From an uncultured Tenacibaculum sp. (GTDB lineage: Bacteria; Bacteroidota; Bacteroidia; Flavobacteriales; Flavobacteriaceae): a stretch of 64,000 nt of DNA. Shown piece after piece: positions 60,622-64,000 of this stretch. Position 1 is the stretch's first letter, and each line of letters opens with the position of its first letter. Location: assembly GCA_937922085.1 (NCBI GenBank), contig CAKZVD010000028.1, positions 3,542-67,541 on the forward strand, given 5' to 3'. Position numbers and translations under genes: made by a program. The notes below the pieces were generated by a model. The model ran no database searches. It was not told the DNA's origin and was given only the letters and a program-made list of their open reading frames with translations.

Positions 60622-61854
60622 TTAAGCGAAATTTTGAAGAGGAGTTTGTTTTTTTGAAAATACCCACAATACTAATGATGTAGCTAGTATCGTAAGAATC
60701 ATAGAAAGTATAAAAGGAGCTCCAAGAAAATGAATGTTATCATTAGCTTTAAAATAAGAAAATGTTTGAGTCATAACTAAAGGACCTATCATTAAGGAAA
60801 CTCCGTTAATAGATGTTATAGCAGCCATTAGTTCACCTTGTTTTTGATAAGGCAAAAAAGACGACATAATAGATTGTAAGCAAGGTTTCATAAGAGAACC
60901 AAAACTTCCAAAAGCAATTATAACAAAGATTAACCAATCTATATTAACAGTAGCATAAGCATAAAAAGTAGGGATAACAAAAAAAGCGCCTATTAAAAAA
61001 GTTTTACGTTCTCCAAATTTGGGTATTAAAAATCTAGCCAATACATTTTGTACAAAGAAATTTGTTAGCCCAACAAAAAGTAAAGACAATCCAATTTTTA
61101 AAGCACCCCAGTTAAATTTATCAATCATATAATAAGACCATATAGATGTGAAAGAATGAAATGCTAGTTGGTATAAAAAAGAAGCAGTTAAAAGAGGAAT
61201 AGGTAAATTAGAAAATTTTAAAAAACCAAACGGAACTAGCTTCTTCCAATCAAATTCTTCATTTTTTTTCTTTAAAGTTTCAGGGACAAATAAATAAACC
61301 AATATCAAATTAAAAAGAAAAAATAAAGACCCAATATATAAAGGGCTTCTAATACTTATAAATTCACCTAAAATGCCTCCTAAAAAAGGACCAACCATTA
61401 AACCTAAACCAATAGCAGATGTTACAATACTAAAATTAATTGCTCTTTTTTTAGGCGGAGTAATATCTATAATACATAAATTAACAGTAGCAATAGTTGC
61501 AGAAAGTACTCCTAATAAAAATCTTGTTAGAAGTAATAATTCGATATGATTTATAAAAGCCATAACAATAAAATCAATACTACTTGCCATGATAGAAAAT
61601 AGTAATATTTTTTTTCTTCCATATTTTCCAGATAAAACAGCCATTAAAGGGCTCATTAAAAATTGGCCTAAGGCATATCCAAAAAGAAGATAGCCTCCCC
61701 ACTTAGCAGCACTTAATAAATCATTTTTTAAAATGTCCATTATTAATTGTGGCTTAATAGGTATAATTAAACTAAACCCCATTATATTAATAAATAGAGT
61801 GATAAAAAGAAGTGTTAGTATAGATTTCTCTTTATGGTTACTAGCGTTAGTCAT
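60622..61854 (-). CDS. MFS transporter (TCR/Tet-like exporter)
   Basis: ~12 TM helices; LSGKYGRK motif A; GLMVGPFLGG motif C. Confidence 0.85.
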   Translation of the reverse strand: MTNASNHKEKSILTLLFITLFINIMGFSLIIPIKPQLIMDILKNDLLSAAKWGGYLLFGYALGQFLMSPLMAVLSGKYGRKKILLFSIMASSIDFIVMAFINHIELLLLTRFLLGVLSATIATVNLCIIDITPPKKRAINFSIVTSAIGLGLMVGPFLGGILGEFISIRSPLYIGSLFFLFNLILVYLFVPETLKKKNEEFDWKKLVPFGFLKFSNLPIPLLTASFLYQLAFHSFTSIWSYYMIDKFNWGALKIGLSLLFVGLTNFFVQNVLARFLIPKFGERKTFLIGAFFVIPTFYAYATVNIDWLIFVIIAFGSFGSLMKPCLQSIMSSFLPYQKQGELMAAITSINGVSLMIGPLVMTQTFSYFKANDNIHFLGAPFILSMILTILATSLVLWVFSKKQTPLQNFA

Positions 61855-61860
61855 GCAGTA

Positions 61861-63066
61861 TTAAAATTTATTTTTTTGATGCCAATTTTTCCACCAAACA
61901 GTAAAAGCTTGTGTTCTGTATTCATCAGCTTGAAAAGGCCCAGGAGTATAATACAGGGAGCTCACACCTTTTTGTGTTTCTTCTACTAGTTTTATATCTT
62001 GTTGAAGTGTAGTATCCCAAAGCCAAGTAAGTTCTTCTTTTGTTTTATTAAATTCTTTTGAGGTAACCCAAAAAACTTCAATATCAGTTTCATTAATATT
62101 TACAGGCCTTACACAAAAAAGAACAACGTAATCAGCATACGCTAAATAGAAAAGAAACGGTCCCATACATCCAAAAATAGCACCACCTTCTATTCCTTCA
62201 GCTTTACCTAGAGCTGGTCCTAATCTTTCTCCTGTTTTACTTCCTGTTAAATTTCCTTCTTTAAGAGGTAGTGCCATGTGGAAATAAAACATTTCATTAT
62301 CAGACAGAAAATCAACTTCTTCTGGAGCTTCCCATCCTAATTTTAATCCTTTTTCACGCCATGTAATATCATCATTCATGTATAAATCTTCTCTGCCGTT
62401 CTCAAATTGGTGAATAAAACCTTTGTTTTCGCCTAACTCAGGATGACTAGATGCACAATGCCAACATTCTAGAAAATTCTCAGTCCATAATTTCCAATTG
62501 GCTTTTACTTTATAGGTTTTGGTAGCACTTATTTTTCCTTCTTCAAGAGAAAAAGCACCTAATACTTTATTTAATTCATTTAAATGAGGGAAATTTTCGT
62601 TATTACCATGATAAAAAGTAAGCCCTCCTGTTTCTTGAACTTTTAGTTTTCTTAAGCATAATCCTTTTGAAATTACAGAATCATCACCTCTAGCTAAAAC
62701 TAAATCTCCATTTAAATCATATTTCCATGCATGATATGGACAAACTATTGATTTTAAGCTTTTAATTTTTGATTTTTCATCAAATGCTTTTTTTTCTAAT
62801 AAGCGTTTACCTCTATGCCTACATGTGTTAGCCATAGCTTTAATAGTATCATCCTTATCTCTAATTGTAATAACACTTTCTAAAGAAGTTTCAGTAACGG
62901 TATAATTTCCTGTGTTTTGAAGAGCGCATGATGGAGATGCCATTATAGGTAATGAACGAAAAAGAGAATGCCTTTCTTTTTCGAAAATTTTAGAATCGGT
63001 ATAAGAAGAGCGAGGAAGAGATTTAGCTAATTGATTGTGTGTTAGGTTTATTTCTAAAAAATCCAT
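61861..63066 (-). CDS. Rieske non-heme iron oxygenase alpha subunit
   Basis: CRHRG...CPYHAW; NWKLWTENFLECWHCASSHP. Confidence 0.9.
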   Translation of the reverse strand: MDFLEINLTHNQLAKSLPRSSYTDSKIFEKERHSLFRSLPIMASPSCALQNTGNYTVTETSLESVITIRDKDDTIKAMANTCRHRGKRLLEKKAFDEKSKIKSLKSIVCPYHAWKYDLNGDLVLARGDDSVISKGLCLRKLKVQETGGLTFYHGNNENFPHLNELNKVLGAFSLEEGKISATKTYKVKANWKLWTENFLECWHCASSHPELGENKGFIHQFENGREDLYMNDDITWREKGLKLGWEAPEEVDFLSDNEMFYFHMALPLKEGNLTGSKTGERLGPALGKAEGIEGGAIFGCMGPFLFYLAYADYVVLFCVRPVNINETDIEVFWVTSKEFNKTKEELTWLWDTTLQQDIKLVEETQKGVSSLYYTPGPFQADEYRTQAFTVWWKNWHQKNKF

Positions 63067-63086
63067 AAAATAAAAACAATAAGGGT

Positions 63087-63989
63087 TTAATTAAATTTGG
63101 GGTCATCTAAAAGTGTTAATGCTGCTTTAGCAAAAAAAGGATGATTATTAAAGACATATAATAATTTTTCTTTCCAAACATCAAATGGGAGTATCGTATA
63201 GTATGATTTTAATTGAGATTTTGCTGTAGCAATAATAATTTCAGGATCATTTGGATAGTCGTTTAGAAATAATTCAAAGGATCTACTAGTTTGAGTTCCA
63301 ATTTTACGAAGGCTTATTGCATGTCCAGTACCTTTTAACTTAAAAACATTTTTATAGGCTTCAAAAAACTGTAATTCTTTCTTAGAAATGCCTTTGTTAA
63401 TAGCTAAATCCATTAAAGTTAAAGCTTCAGAACGATAGTATTTACTATCTTTATTAACATCATTAATGCCCAATAGAATTAACCCCTTAATTAAACCAAG
63501 AAGATTATCATTGCTTTCATATGCTTTAATTCTAAGTGTTTTTAAGTTAGAAATTATTATTTCCTTATTTCCTTCTGCTAATGCTTTTGTTCCTATATTT
63601 AATACTGAAGAGTTTCCTTTAATTTCTTTATTAAATTGATTCTGTTTAAGAATATTGGCTTCAACTTCCCATAGATCAACATTAAAGATTTCTTTTATAA
63701 CTGTATAAGTTCGTCCTTGTTTTAGTTTAGGTTTTAATTTGGGCCAATTAGAGACTAAAAAAGGGAACCCTTTTGAATCTATTAGTAATTTTACGATGTA
63801 TGCAGCTAATCTATGAACTTTTGTACCTTCATTGTAATTGTATTCTCTTATAGGTTTTACTTCTGTAGGTAATACATGAGAAAAATAAGGATCTTCACTC
63901 CAATCACTTTCTATTAAAGAAGAGATATTAGGCCTGTCCCAATAGTCATCTTCTAAAAGAATAGGTTGCTTTTTTACTTCGTATTGCAT
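63087..63989 (-). CDS. Hypothetical protein (start may lie beyond the window)
   Basis: 300 aa ORF co-oriented with the Rieske and MFS genes. Confidence 0.6.
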   Translation of the reverse strand: MQYEVKKQPILLEDDYWDRPNISSLIESDWSEDPYFSHVLPTEVKPIREYNYNEGTKVHRLAAYIVKLLIDSKGFPFLVSNWPKLKPKLKQGRTYTVIKEIFNVDLWEVEANILKQNQFNKEIKGNSSVLNIGTKALAEGNKEIIISNLKTLRIKAYESNDNLLGLIKGLILLGINDVNKDSKYYRSEALTLMDLAINKGISKKELQFFEAYKNVFKLKGTGHAISLRKIGTQTSRSFELFLNDYPNDPEIIIATAKSQLKSYYTILPFDVWKEKLLYVFNNHPFFAKAALTLLDDPKFN

Positions 63990-64000
63990 TAGAGTAGCTA

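Overview
AT-rich Flavobacteriaceae-type chromosome segment (Tenacibaculum/Polaribacter-like; inferred from gene content and TAnnTTTG promoter elements). 1-17.4 kb holds mostly ordinary genes. 17.4-34.8 kb is a SAM-riboswitch-led methionine/cysteine/sulfate-assimilation supercluster with two unusual fusions (MetX-ThrA; CobA-SirC). A second SAM riboswitch with split metH and metF follows at 55.3-60.5 kb. Between them lies a ~20 kb accessory island. Its first ~16 kb (34.9-50.6 kb) is the main finding: an integron-like gene-cassette array with no integrase in the window. About ten units each start with a GTT-core and end in that unit's own reverse complement (...AAC), separated by 55-200 bp fold-back attC-like sites. 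IS1182-family remnants sit at a fixed position in these sites. One inverted cassette carries its own promoter and an AAA-ATPase + RelE-like pair (candidate defence/TA system). All protein calls come from motif recognition by eye; no database searches were run.
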